A DNA stretch of 64,000 nucleotides from Thermoanaerobaculia bacterium (GCA_963664405.1 OY761158.1:4192001-4256000), one strand, 5' to 3'; counted from the stretch's first letter, positions 49,363-60,582 are shown. Program-made: numbers and translations. The notes: generated by a model not told the origin, from the letters alone.

Positions 49363-49415
49363 GCCTTCGCGTCACTGCTAGACTGAGAGGTGGCATTGCT
49401 TCTCCCGGAGGTTCG

Positions 49416-50048
49416 ATGATGGAGAGAGACGACAAGAGGAAAGTGTCAGAGAGCGGAGTCTCGCGCAGAGACTTTCTTCGCGGGGGCGCTGCTGGGGCGG
49501 TAGCGACCGGCATCATGCCGGCGGCTCTTCGTGGCGAGAATGCTTCCGGGGACGCAGCCTCGGGAACGGAGGTCGTGGGCCCGGGCAAGGTGCCGATGAC
49601 TCTCGACGTCAACGGTCGTAGGCTCGAGCTCGAGCTCGAGCCCCGGGTGACCTTGCTCGATGCCTTGCGAAACCACCTCTCCATTACCGGCGCGAAGAAG
49701 GTCTGTGATCGAGCGACCTGCGGTGCGTGCACGGTAATTGTCGACGACAAGCCCGTCTACGCCTGCTCCATGCTCGCGATCGAGGCTCAGGGCGCATCAA
49801 TCGTCACCATCGAGGGACTGGGCACGCCTGAGCAGATGCACCCGATCCAGGCCGCATTTGTCGACAACGATGGCCAACAGTGCGGCTATTGCACACCTGG
49901 TTTCGTCATGGCGTGCAAGGCTTTCCTCGATGCCAATCCGACTCCGTCGAAGCTCGAGATCGAACGGGGCCTTGGCGGTAACCTGTGCAGATGCGGCACT
50001 TACAACGGCATCAAACAGCTGCTACTTGAAGGGAAGGGGGTGGCCTAA
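49416..50048 (+). CDS. Tat-signal 2x[2Fe-2S] subunit of a xanthine/aldehyde oxidoreductase (PaoA-like)
   Basis: SRRDFL Tat motif; CDRATCGAC...C, QCGYC, NLCRC. Confidence 0.92.
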   Translation: MMERDDKRKVSESGVSRRDFLRGGAAGAVATGIMPAALRGENASGDAASGTEVVGPGKVPMTLDVNGRRLELELEPRVTLLDALRNHLSITGAKKVCDRATCGACTVIVDDKPVYACSMLAIEAQGASIVTIEGLGTPEQMHPIQAAFVDNDGQQCGYCTPGFVMACKAFLDANPTPSKLEIERGLGGNLCRCGTYNGIKQLLLEGKGVA

Positions 50049-52175
50049 GTGGTCGAGTACAGCTGGCCGCCGGCCGACAAGCGAGATCTCCTCGGCGATC
50101 GCATCTCCCGTCTCGACGGTCCCGCCAAGAGCACCGGGGCCGCGAAGTACCCTTCTGATCAAAACCCGGAGGGGCTACTCCACGCCAAGATTCTCACCTG
50201 TCCTCACGGCCGAGCCAGGATCAAGTCGATAGATATCTCGGCTGCGCGTCAGATGCCGGGAGTACGGGCGGCCCGAGTTCTCCAAGAGCCCGGCGCCGAG
50301 ATTCAGTGGGCCCATGACGAGATCGCTGCGGTAGCCGCCGATTCCGAGGAGCTCGCGGAGGACGCGCTCCGTGCGATCAAGGTGGAGTACGAGATTCTGC
50401 CTCATTACGTCGATGAAGCCGACCCCGCCAAGGCGCCGGAGACCAAGCCGGGTAGAGAGCGAGTAGTCGGGGACCCCTTGGCCGCTCTCGAGAGCGCCGC
50501 GGTTACGGTCGAGCGCGAGCTGTCGGTGCCGATGATCAATCACTGTTGCCTCGAGCCCCATGGTCAGGTGACGGCCTGGGATGGCGACGAGCTCACCGTA
50601 TGGGCCTCGACACAGGCGGTCTCGACGCTTGCGTTTCAGTTCGCCGAGCCGCTCGGCGTCCCGGCTTCTGCAGTGCGGATCAAGACCGATTACATGGGAG
50701 GCGGCTTCGGATCCAAGTTCTCGGTCGATCGATGGGGTATCGAGGGTGCTCAATTAGCACGCGACGCGGGGCGCTCGGTGAAGCTCTTTTTGGAGCGCGA
50801 CCACGAGCTTGCCGTTGCCGGTAGCCGACCCTCAGCCTTTGCGCGGATCAAGGCCGGGGCGGATCGGGAGGGCAATCTCGTGAGCTGGGTTTCCGAGTCC
50901 TGGGGCAGTGGCGGTATGCCGGGGACGGGCACGACTCCGCTGCCTTACGTCTTCGAGCCTCCAGACCGGAGCACTTCGCACACCTCGGTACCGACGAACT
51001 TCGCCGGCTCGCGCGCGTGGCGCGCTCCCAACCATCCCCAGGCCGCTTTTCTGACGATGTCGATCATCGAGGACCTGGCTGCCGAGCTCGAGATGGACCC
51101 CCTCGACTTCGTCCATCGCAATCTCGGGATCGCCAACCAAGACCGCGTAAAGGTCTACGAAGAAGAGCTCGCAATCGCTGCCGATCTGATGGATTGGAAA
51201 GCGCGATGGCGACCCAGAGGCACTGAGACCGGAATCGTACGTCGGGGCCTCGGCCTTTCGCTTCACACCTGGGGAGGCAGGGGCCATCGCAGCGCCTGCG
51301 ATGTGAAGGTCCATCCGGACGGCGCTGTCGAGGCCTTCATCGGTACCCAAGATCTCGGCACCGGAACCCGCACCGTCATCACCATGGTCCTCGCCGATAC
51401 CTTCGGGCTCGAGCTGGGGCAAGTGAAGGTCCACATCGGGGATAGTCGTTATCCTCAATCTGGCCCCTCGGGTGGGAGCACGACGGTCGGTGGGGTCTGC
51501 TCCTCTACTCGGCGCGCGGCTCAGAATGCTCTCGCCGAGCTTTTCGCCAAAGTGGCTCCCGATCTGGGCGTCGAGGCCGGTCGGCTCGAGGCCAGGGGTG
51601 GCAAGGTCTATGTCGCCGGCGACCCGAGCCGTGGGCTGAGCTGGAAAGAAGCCGCCGGCCGCATCGGCGCCGTACCGATCGCGGTGAGCGGGCGCAACCC
51701 GGGAAAGGGGCAGCTGACGGACAGCGGTGTCGGAGGCGTAGGGATGGCCGATGTGTCGGTCGATGTCGAGACCGGTATCGTCAAGGTTAATCGTATGGTG
51801 GCGGTCCAGGACGTCGGGCTCGTGGTCAACGAGAAGTTGGCCGAGACCCAGATCTTCGGCGCCCTGATCATGGGAGTGAGCTCGGCGCTCTACGAAGAGA
51901 GGATCGTGGATCCGGGCAGCGGGCGTCTTCTCAACCCGAATATGGAGTTCTACAAGCTTGCCGGCATCGGCGATGTCGGTGAGTTCAAGGTTCATCTCAT
52001 GACGGGTCCTGGGTACGACGAGCGTGGCGTGATCGGTATCGGTGAGCCGCCGATGATCTCTCCGCTGGCCGCTATCGGCAATGCGGTCTCCAACGCGATT
52101 GGCGTCCGAGTAACCGAGGCGCCATTCACTCCCGATCGTGTGCTCGCTGCTCTCGAGGCGGAAGGGGGCGCGTGA
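50049..52175 (+). CDS. Molybdopterin-binding subunit, xanthine dehydrogenase family (PaoC-like)
   Basis: GGGFGSK, WRAP, GTGTRT, SGGS, catalytic GIGEPP. Confidence 0.92.
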   Translation: MVEYSWPPADKRDLLGDRISRLDGPAKSTGAAKYPSDQNPEGLLHAKILTCPHGRARIKSIDISAARQMPGVRAARVLQEPGAEIQWAHDEIAAVAADSEELAEDALRAIKVEYEILPHYVDEADPAKAPETKPGRERVVGDPLAALESAAVTVERELSVPMINHCCLEPHGQVTAWDGDELTVWASTQAVSTLAFQFAEPLGVPASAVRIKTDYMGGGFGSKFSVDRWGIEGAQLARDAGRSVKLFLERDHELAVAGSRPSAFARIKAGADREGNLVSWVSESWGSGGMPGTGTTPLPYVFEPPDRSTSHTSVPTNFAGSRAWRAPNHPQAAFLTMSIIEDLAAELEMDPLDFVHRNLGIANQDRVKVYEEELAIAADLMDWKARWRPRGTETGIVRRGLGLSLHTWGGRGHRSACDVKVHPDGAVEAFIGTQDLGTGTRTVITMVLADTFGLELGQVKVHIGDSRYPQSGPSGGSTTVGGVCSSTRRAAQNALAELFAKVAPDLGVEAGRLEARGGKVYVAGDPSRGLSWKEAAGRIGAVPIAVSGRNPGKGQLTDSGVGGVGMADVSVDVETGIVKVNRMVAVQDVGLVVNEKLAETQIFGALIMGVSSALYEERIVDPGSGRLLNPNMEFYKLAGIGDVGEFKVHLMTGPGYDERGVIGIGEPPMISPLAAIGNAVSNAIGVRVTEAPFTPDRVLAALEAEGGA

Positions 52176-53158
52176 TGAAGAGCTTTGAGTATGCGAGCCC
52201 GACGACCCGCGAAGAAGCCGTTCAGCTGCTTGCTGAAGAAGGTGTGGAGACGGCCGCACTCGCCGGTGGTACCGACCTCTTCAGTCTGATGAAAGACGGC
52301 GTGGAGTCGCCAGGTCGGTTGGTGAACATCAAGGCCGTCGAAGGCCTGGGGGGCGTAGAGCGCCTAGAGGACGGTGGACTTTGCATCGGTGCGCTGGTCA
52401 CCCTCGATGAGCTCATCGCCAACGAGCACATTCGTTCTGCCTACCCTTCGCTGGTTCAAGCCGGCGAGGGCGTACGAAGCCCTCAGCTTCGTGCCATGGG
52501 GACCGTCGGAGGAGATCTCCTGCAGCGACCCCGTTGCTGGTATTACCGCGGCGGCTTCGGTCTGCTGGCGCAGAACGATGGACGTTCGAGAGTGGTAGAC
52601 GGGGACAATCGTTACCACGCCATTCTGGGCACCAAGGGGCCGGCCTACTTCGTCAACCCGTCGAGCCTGGCTCCGGCCCTAGTCGCTCTTGGCGCCCGCA
52701 TTCATCTTCACGGTCGGGACGGGGAGCGCGGAGTGGATCTCGGAAGCTTCTACCGCGCGCCGGTGCGCGAGAGTGAGCGAGAGTACGATCTTGCCCGGGC
52801 GGAGATCCTCACCGAGGTGGTGGTGCCCGCGGCCGCGACGAGCAACGCCTGCTACGAAGTGCGGCAGAAAGAGGCCCTCGATTGGCCGCTCGCCGCCGCC
52901 GCCGTCTCGTTGCAGATGGAGGCAGGCCGGGTGATCAAGGCAAGCGTCGTTCTGGGGCATGTCGCGCCCACGCCCTACGCTTCCAAGGCCGCGGCCGCCG
53001 CTCTCGAGGGCGGAGAGATCACGGCTCAGCGGGCTGAAGAGGCCGGCGTCGCGGCGGTCGACGGCGCGCTTGCGCTGAGCAGGAACGGATACAAGGTCCA
53101 GCTGGCGAAGGTGGCGACCAAGCGAGCCATCTTGCGCGCAGCGGGACTGGAGGTTTGA
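52172..53158 (+). CDS. FAD-binding subunit, xanthine dehydrogenase family (PaoB-like)
   Basis: AGGTDL, SPQLRAMGTVGGDLLQRPRCWYYR, LGHVAPTP, N.YK. Confidence 0.92.
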   Translation: MMKSFEYASPTTREEAVQLLAEEGVETAALAGGTDLFSLMKDGVESPGRLVNIKAVEGLGGVERLEDGGLCIGALVTLDELIANEHIRSAYPSLVQAGEGVRSPQLRAMGTVGGDLLQRPRCWYYRGGFGLLAQNDGRSRVVDGDNRYHAILGTKGPAYFVNPSSLAPALVALGARIHLHGRDGERGVDLGSFYRAPVRESEREYDLARAEILTEVVVPAAATSNACYEVRQKEALDWPLAAAAVSLQMEAGRVIKASVVLGHVAPTPYASKAAAAALEGGEITAQRAEEAGVAAVDGALALSRNGYKVQLAKVATKRAILRAAGLEV

Positions 53159-53160
53159 CT

Positions 53161-53376
53161 ATGGTGCTCGATATCGTGCAGCCGCAGAGATTTTGCCGTC
53201 GCCTACGCTCCAAGGGCATGTTCATTGAGGTCGAGAGCGGCGTCGAAGAGGCCAGACTGCCTTCGATGAGCGACGGTTTTGTGTGGTGCACTCATACTCA
53301 GAATTGCCTGGGTCCAGACGGCCGAGTGGCTTCGCGTGAAGTCTGCTTGCCGGACCGCCAGTGTTTCGAGTTATAG
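53161..53376 (+). CDS. Small Cys-rich hypothetical protein
   Basis: GGAGG RBS; 5 Cys (FCRRLRSK, WCTHTQNCLGPDG, CLPDRQC). Starts 2 nt after the FAD-subunit stop. Confidence 0.72.
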   Translation: MVLDIVQPQRFCRRLRSKGMFIEVESGVEEARLPSMSDGFVWCTHTQNCLGPDGRVASREVCLPDRQCFEL

Positions 53377-53391
53377 AGTAGGGGTGTCGAT

Positions 53392-54063
53392 ATGAAGAAT
53401 CTCTTCCTTTCCCTCGGTATTTTGCTGCTCGCGCTTCCGCTCGCTGGGCGCGACTTGAGCTCAGGAGAGTCGCTGGTGGGCGACTACCTGGAAGCGCGGA
53501 CCGCCGAAGTTTTCGTAGGTCATTGTCTGGCGAACTCAGAGGTCTCGTTGGCGGGGCAGGAGGCGGTCCTGGCCCTGCGAGTGAGAGAAGGCGGTTGGAA
53601 CGGCGTGCCCCTCGCGGGGCTGAGCGTGGTCGCCGTCGTGCAAGGCGACCAGACTCTTGGCGATCTCGAGGCGGATCCCGTTTCAGCGCGCGGTGTGTTG
53701 ATTGTCGATAGCAACGCCTCGCCAGAGCAGCACGAGGCCCTGGTGGAGCTAGCGCGTTCGATGGCTGGAACCCTACTCGAAGAAGTGGTGGCCGTCGAAA
53801 GCGCATCGATCGAGGTCGAGCTCGACCCCGAGATCGGACTTCGAAGAGTGCGTGCCGGGGAGCTTGCGGCGCTCGAGGTGCGAGAGCGTCACCACCACGA
53901 CGGCCTTTGCGGCAATGAAGGCGTCTATTACCCTCCTCTCGTCGATCTCGCCCACGCTCGCCCGACCTACACCCTGACCCATGAGTACTCGGGCAAGGGG
54001 CTGACGGGCACCTGGAAGAGCCCTGAGAAGTCGAGCTCCTGGGTGGGTACTTTCATCCGCTGA
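53392..54063 (+). CDS. Secreted DUF1326-like protein
   Basis: Signal peptide; GDYLEART, G.WNGV.L.GL.VV, IVDSNASPEQ.EAL, HHHDGLCGNE. Confidence 0.75.
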   Translation: MKNLFLSLGILLLALPLAGRDLSSGESLVGDYLEARTAEVFVGHCLANSEVSLAGQEAVLALRVREGGWNGVPLAGLSVVAVVQGDQTLGDLEADPVSARGVLIVDSNASPEQHEALVELARSMAGTLLEEVVAVESASIEVELDPEIGLRRVRAGELAALEVRERHHHDGLCGNEGVYYPPLVDLAHARPTYTLTHEYSGKGLTGTWKSPEKSSSWVGTFIR

Positions 54064-54710
54064 TGCCCCGCTGGATTTGTTCGCTTAGCTCGGCCCTTCT
54101 CTGCTTAGCCCCGCCGGCTTCGGGAGAAGCGATCCTCGAGACACTCGACGCCTTCCCTCCGGGCTTGGCGGAGTCCGTGCAGGAGGTGCTCGGAGAAGTC
54201 GGCTATCGGGTGGTGGACGGCGATCGGGTCCTCGGCGAGTTCTGGCTACGCAAATCGCTGCCGCTCGAGGGGATAAATGAGGGAGCGCTTGGCATCGAGT
54301 TCGGCCGGGTAACGGCGAGCGCCCTGGTCGGCGTAGTGCACTTTCCCGAGGGCTGGATCGACTACCGGGATACCGATCTGGACCCCGGTGTCTACACTCT
54401 GCGCTACTGGATCCAGCCTGCCGACGGAGACCATATGGGAGTGTCGGAGTACCGCGACTTCCTGCTGATGAATCCCGCCGATCAGGACACGGAGCCGGGG
54501 GCCGTCTTCGAGAAAGAGCCCCTGCTGGAGCTGAGTCAAGAAGCTTCCGGCCGAGTCCACCCGGCGGTACTGGCTGTGTTCCCTATCTATGACGAGCTTT
54601 CGGATGCCGCGCAGCTGATGATGAACGATCTCGATCAGCTCACTCTAGCGGTGTCGATTGGTGACGCGGCGCTCGGGCTCGTCGTCGAAGGTTTCGGCGA
54701 CATTCAGTGA
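54063..54710 (+). CDS. Secreted hypothetical protein
   Basis: ATG overlaps the upstream TGA; signal peptide; DYR...GVYTLRY..QP.DGDHMGVS.YRDFLL, HPAV. Confidence 0.75.
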   Translation: MPRWICSLSSALLCLAPPASGEAILETLDAFPPGLAESVQEVLGEVGYRVVDGDRVLGEFWLRKSLPLEGINEGALGIEFGRVTASALVGVVHFPEGWIDYRDTDLDPGVYTLRYWIQPADGDHMGVSEYRDFLLMNPADQDTEPGAVFEKEPLLELSQEASGRVHPAVLAVFPIYDELSDAAQLMMNDLDQLTLAVSIGDAALGLVVEGFGDIQ

Positions 54711-54741
54711 TCGCCGCTTCGGGGACGCCGGGGGACCGTCG

Positions 54742-55416
54742 CTAGAAAAGGCTCTGCTGAACGGGCTCATCAGCTACACGCTCCAGGCAGGCAGGGTCGT
54801 CGAAGCGAGTACTGTTGATCCGACTCGAGACCGGGATCCTCTCCATTCGTTCGGCGGCCAGAGGCTCAGCGAGGCGGTGGAGCTCGTCGGCGTCGAGTGC
54901 CTGCGGCTCGAGCCAACGATCGAAGTCGCGACGATCCAGGATCATCGGCATCCGGTCGTGAAGATCGGCGACGAGTTGATTCGGCGAGGTGGTGAGGATG
55001 ACCATCGACTCGACCGCTTTGCCGTCGCCGTTTGGCCACAGACTCCATAGACCGGCCATCGCCAGAAGCTCCGAGTCTCTGCTACGGAAATGGTAGGCGG
55101 CTCTGGCGCGTCCCTCGTGTCGCCACTCGATGAAGCCGGTTGCCGGCACCAGGCAGCGGCGAGAGCGCAGGCTGTCGCGGAAGGAGGCCTTGGTGGCGGC
55201 GGTCTCAGAGCGAGCATTGATGACGACTCGCGCACCGCGCTGGCCAAAGCCCCAGGAGACGAAGGGGCACTCCCGCCCTCTCTCTCCGTGGCGGACGATG
55301 GCCACGTCTTGGGCCGGAGCGATGTTGTAGCGCTCGCTCAGAACCGGTGTCTCGGAGAGATCGAACTCTTCGGCCACTGCCCTTCCGTTGCTGGTCAAAG
55401 TGTAGCGCCCACACAT
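54742..55416 (-). CDS. SOS response-associated peptidase (SRAP/HMCES, YedK-like)
   Basis: N-terminal MCGRY, YNIAP, INARSET, F.EW, HDRMP. Confidence 0.93.
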   Translation of the reverse strand: MCGRYTLTSNGRAVAEEFDLSETPVLSERYNIAPAQDVAIVRHGERGRECPFVSWGFGQRGARVVINARSETAATKASFRDSLRSRRCLVPATGFIEWRHEGRARAAYHFRSRDSELLAMAGLWSLWPNGDGKAVESMVILTTSPNQLVADLHDRMPMILDRRDFDRWLEPQALDADELHRLAEPLAAERMERIPVSSRINSTRFDDPACLERVADEPVQQSLF

Positions 55417-55496
55417 CCTCAGGTCTCCGAAACGGCTCTGGATAACCGCCGGGTTACGTTGCCCCTACACCTCTGCGCTGCTATGGTCCCGACCTC

Positions 55497-55835
55497 ATGA
55501 TCGTCGAAAAACGTCGCATCGATGGGCTTACCCTCCTTCAAGTCGAAGGCGTCATCAAGCTTGGCGAAAGTGCTCGCTTCTTTGCCGACACCTTGAAGCG
55601 GGTGTTGGCGGAGGAAGGTGGCCACGTTCTTATCGATCTCTCCAAGATCAACTATATCGACTCGACCGGGATCGGTGAGCTGGTCGGCTATCTAGGTCGC
55701 TTCCAGGAGGTCAAGAGAAAGTTGATCCTGGTCGAGCCCTCGGACCACATCCGCAAACTATTGCGAGTGGCCCATCTCGACGAGCTCTTCCCGATCTACG
55801 ACCTCCTGAAAGACGCTGTCGAAGGGGAGAGCTGA
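55497..55835 (+). CDS. STAS-domain anti-sigma-factor antagonist
   Basis: IDLSKINYIDSTGIGELV. Confidence 0.9.
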   Translation: MIVEKRRIDGLTLLQVEGVIKLGESARFFADTLKRVLAEEGGHVLIDLSKINYIDSTGIGELVGYLGRFQEVKRKLILVEPSDHIRKLLRVAHLDELFPIYDLLKDAVEGES

Positions 55836-55842
55836 TTCCTCA

Positions 55843-56688
55843 GTGGTGACCAGGATCCGCATCGCCCACAGCCCCGACTCGGACGACGCCTTCATGTTCT
55901 ACGCCTTGAGCGAGGGGCTCTTGGACTCCGCGGGCTTGGAGATCAGCTGGATTCATCGGGACCTGGAGACTCTCAACCAGGCTGCCATGGCTGCAGCCTA
56001 CGAGATCACGGCGCTCTCTTTTCATGCCTGGGCCCGGCTCTCGAAGCGCTACCGCCTGATGCCCTGTGGGGCCAGTTTCGGTGACGGCTACGGCCCGGTG
56101 GTGGTGGCGCGACAGAGTCTCGACCGAGAAGATCTCGCGGGTCGGGAGGTCGCGATTCCTGGAGAGCTCACGACCGCCCATTTGGTCCTGCGCTTGTGGC
56201 AGCCCGAGGTCGAGACGCGGGTGGTGCCTTTCGAGAAGATTCTCGAGCTAGTCGCGACTGGAGAGGCCCTTGCCGGAGTCGTAATTCATGAAGGTGCGCT
56301 CACATTCGGCGACGCGGGGCTCGCCCGTGTGGTCGATCTCGGAGCCTGGTGGAAAGAAGAGACCGGCGGTCCACTGCCGTTGGGCTGTAATGCCATTCGG
56401 CGTGACCTGGACCCTGCTCTCCAGCTGCGGCTGAGCCGACTCCTGCGTGAGAGCATTGACTACGCGCTCGACCATCCGAAGGAAGCTCTGGGCTACGCCA
56501 GAAGGTTTGCGAGAGGGTTGGAAGAGGATCCCGATCAAGCGGACCGTTTCGTCGGGATGTACGTCAACCAATGGAGTCGGAGCTTCGGCGAAGCGGGCCG
56601 GAATGCGGTGCAGGATCTTGTCGATCGAGGCTTCGAATCGGGAGTGTTGCCGGAACGAGTAGAGACGGATTTCGTCGAGCTTCCGTGA
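55843..56688 (+). CDS. mqnD: MqnD-family 1,4-dihydroxy-6-naphthoate synthase (futalosine pathway)
   Basis: AHSPDSDDAFMF, S.GDGYGP, PGELTTA, IHEG, PLPLG. Confidence 0.85.
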   Translation: MVTRIRIAHSPDSDDAFMFYALSEGLLDSAGLEISWIHRDLETLNQAAMAAAYEITALSFHAWARLSKRYRLMPCGASFGDGYGPVVVARQSLDREDLAGREVAIPGELTTAHLVLRLWQPEVETRVVPFEKILELVATGEALAGVVIHEGALTFGDAGLARVVDLGAWWKEETGGPLPLGCNAIRRDLDPALQLRLSRLLRESIDYALDHPKEALGYARRFARGLEEDPDQADRFVGMYVNQWSRSFGEAGRNAVQDLVDRGFESGVLPERVETDFVELP

Positions 56689-56764
56689 TACGCTTCGTCG
56701 GCTTTTTGAGAGTCCTTTCTAGACGTCTTCGAACGACTCAAAACTGCAGAAAGAGGGGCCTTTT

Positions 56765-58012
56765 GTGAGTGTGCAAGGAAAGATAACTCCGCCTGCGGAC
56801 GGGCAGGAAATCGGTTTTGAAGACGGTGAGCTGCTCGTACCCGATCGGCCGATCCTTCCATTCATCGAGGGCGACGGCATCGGTCCCGACATCTGGCGGG
56901 CGTCGCAGTTGGTCTTCGATGCGGCGGTCGAGAAGACCTACGGTGGCTCTCGCTCGATCGCATGGATGGAGGTGCTCGCCGGAGAAAAGGCGAAGAGCGG
57001 AACCGGAGAGTGGCTTCCCGAAGAGACGGTGGATGCGGTGCGCCAGTACCGGGTTGCGATCAAGGGCCCGCTGACGACACCCGTTGGCGGAGGTATTCGC
57101 AGTCTCAATGTAGCTCTGCGCCAGATCCTGGACCTCTACGCTTGTGTTCGTCCGGTGCGCTGGTATCAAGGTGTGCCCTCGCCGGTGAAGCGCCCGGACA
57201 AGGTAGACATCGTTATCTTTCGCGAGAATACCGAGGACGTCTACGCGGGTATCGAGTGGGAGAGCGGCTCGCCGGAAGTGCAGCGGCTGATCCGCTTCCT
57301 ATCGGAGGAGTTCGGTTCCCGTATTCGCGAGGACAGCGGGATCGGAATCAAGCCGGTCTCGGCACACTCGAGTAAGCGCTTGGTGCGCAAGGCGATCCAG
57401 TACGCGATCGCTCAAGGTCGCGAAAGCGTGACCTTGATGCACAAGGGAAACATCATGAAGTACACCGAGGGCGCTTTCAAAGAGTGGGGTTACGAGCTTG
57501 CTGCTGAGGAGTTCCCGTCCGAGACGATCTCCGAAGATGCCCTCTGGGACCAGCACGACGGCAAGCTGCCTGACGGGCAGGTACTGATCAAAGATCGTAT
57601 CTCGGACTCGATGTTCCAACAGATTCTGCTTCGCCCCGAAGAATACGATCTCATCGCTACTACGAACCTGAACGGGGACTACATTTCGGATGCTCTCGCC
57701 GCCCAGGTCGGCGGCCTTGGGCTCGCTCCCGGCGCCAACGAGGGCGATGGCATCGCACTCTTCGAGGCCACCCACGGCACCGCGCCGAAGTACGCCGGGC
57801 AAGACAAGGTGAACCCTTCTTCGGTGATCCTGTCGGGCGTGATGATGTTCAAATGGATGGGTTGGGGCGAGGCCGGTGAGAATATCGAGCGAGCCATCGC
57901 TCGGGCGATCGAACAGAAGCGGGTCACTTACGACCTCGAGCGTCAGATGGAAGGTGCCACCTTGTTGAAGACCTCGGAGTTCGGTCAGGCCCTGGTCGAG
58001 AATCTCGACTAA
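56765..58012 (+). CDS. icd: NADP-dependent isocitrate dehydrogenase
   Basis: [50 protein letters not shown]. Confidence 0.97.
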   Translation: MSVQGKITPPADGQEIGFEDGELLVPDRPILPFIEGDGIGPDIWRASQLVFDAAVEKTYGGSRSIAWMEVLAGEKAKSGTGEWLPEETVDAVRQYRVAIKGPLTTPVGGGIRSLNVALRQILDLYACVRPVRWYQGVPSPVKRPDKVDIVIFRENTEDVYAGIEWESGSPEVQRLIRFLSEEFGSRIREDSGIGIKPVSAHSSKRLVRKAIQYAIAQGRESVTLMHKGNIMKYTEGAFKEWGYELAAEEFPSETISEDALWDQHDGKLPDGQVLIKDRISDSMFQQILLRPEEYDLIATTNLNGDYISDALAAQVGGLGLAPGANEGDGIALFEATHGTAPKYAGQDKVNPSSVILSGVMMFKWMGWGEAGENIERAIARAIEQKRVTYDLERQMEGATLLKTSEFGQALVENLD

Positions 58013-58061
58013 GACGCCTCTGGCTCGAGCCTGCCACCATTCACCACGGAGGCCATAAAGC

Positions 58062-59248
<1,187 letters not shown>

Positions 59249-59249
<1 letters not shown>

Positions 59250-60121
59250 TGGCTGTTCTGGTTACTGCCGAGACCCGGCTTCTGGTGCAGGGGATTACCG
59301 GCAAAGAGGGCCTCTTTCACGCGCAGGGGTGCCGTGACTATGGAACCGAAGTGGTTGGAGGGGTGACGCCGGGGAAAGGTGGCAGCACGGTCGAGGGCTT
59401 CGCGGTCTTTGACTCGGTCGAAGAGTGCCGCCGCTCCACCGGAGCGAATACCTCGCTGATCTTTGTGCCTCCGCCCTTCGCCGCAGACGCGATCATGGAG
59501 GCTGCCGGTGCCGGCATCGAGCTCATCGTCTGCATTACCGAGGGCATTCCCGTGCGCGACATGCTCAAGGTGAAGGCATTCTTGAAGGAGCACCCTTCTC
59601 GGCTGATCGGTCCCAACTGCCCGGGGGTGATCTCCCCGGGAATCGGCAAGGTCGGCATCATGCCTGGCCACATTCATCTGCCGGGAGGAGTTGGAGTCGT
59701 GAGCCGCTCCGGGACTTTGACCTATGAAGCCGTGTGGCAGCTCTCCGCTCTGGGCCTCGGGCAGTCGACCTGTATCGGCATCGGTGGCGATCCGATCAGC
59801 GGGACTTCTTTCCTCGACGCCATGGAGACTTTCAAGAGTGATTCAGCCACCGAGGCTGTGGTCCTCATCGGCGAGATCGGTGGCAGTGCCGAAGAAGAGG
59901 CTGCCGAATGGATCAAACGGAACTTCGACCGCCCCGTGGTCGGTTTCATCGCCGGCCGCACCGCACCGCCTGGTCGACGCATGGGTCATGCCGGCGCGAT
60001 CGTGGCGGGAGGCAAGGGTACGGCACAGGACAAGATGGCGGCGCTTGTCGCCGCCGGCATCGAGGTAGCTGAGTCGCCTGCCGATATCGGTGCGGCGATG
60101 GCCCGAGCCTTGAGTCGCTGA
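59249..60121 (+). CDS. sucD: Succinyl-CoA synthetase alpha subunit
   Basis: [26 protein letters not shown]. Confidence 0.97.
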
Positions 60122-60130
60122 GGAGATTTG

Positions 60131-60553
60131 ATGGAAACCACACTGACCATGGTCAAACCCGATGCCGTTCGCGCCCGCAACGCCGGCAAGATCTTGGCCC
60201 TTCTCGAAGAGAAAGGCTTTGTCGTGCTAGGCCTTCGGCAGTTGCGACTGAGTGAGACCCAAGCACGGGCCTTCTACGAAGTGCACAAAGAGCGCCCCTT
60301 TTTCGGTGAGCTCGTCGAGTTCATGACCAGTGGTCCCGTGGTCGTGGCAGCATTGGAGCGCGAGAACGCGGTTCTCGAGCTGCGCCAAGTGATGGGCGCT
60401 ACCAACTCCCTGGAGGCGGCGGCGGGAACGGTTCGCTCTCTCTATGGCACCGACGTTCAGGAGAATGCCATTCACGGCAGCGACTCTGAGGAGAATGCCG
60501 CCAAGGAGCTCGCCTTCTTTTTTTCTCGGAGCGAGCTGATCGCGGCGCAGTAG
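60131..60553 (+). CDS. ndk: Nucleoside diphosphate kinase
   Basis: VKPDAV, FYEVH.ERPFF, NAIHGSDS. Confidence 0.97.
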   Translation: METTLTMVKPDAVRARNAGKILALLEEKGFVVLGLRQLRLSETQARAFYEVHKERPFFGELVEFMTSGPVVVAALERENAVLELRQVMGATNSLEAAAGTVRSLYGTDVQENAIHGSDSEENAAKELAFFFSRSELIAAQ

Positions 60554-60582
60554 CGGATGGTTATACAGTTGGCTTCAGATTC

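Noticed and set aside
50832-52259. Long antisense ORFs (also 2611-3873, 16226-17587, 42952-44085, 61304-62350)
   Set aside because: These are shadow ORFs opposite well-supported genes, as expected at high GC, and carry no recognisable motifs.
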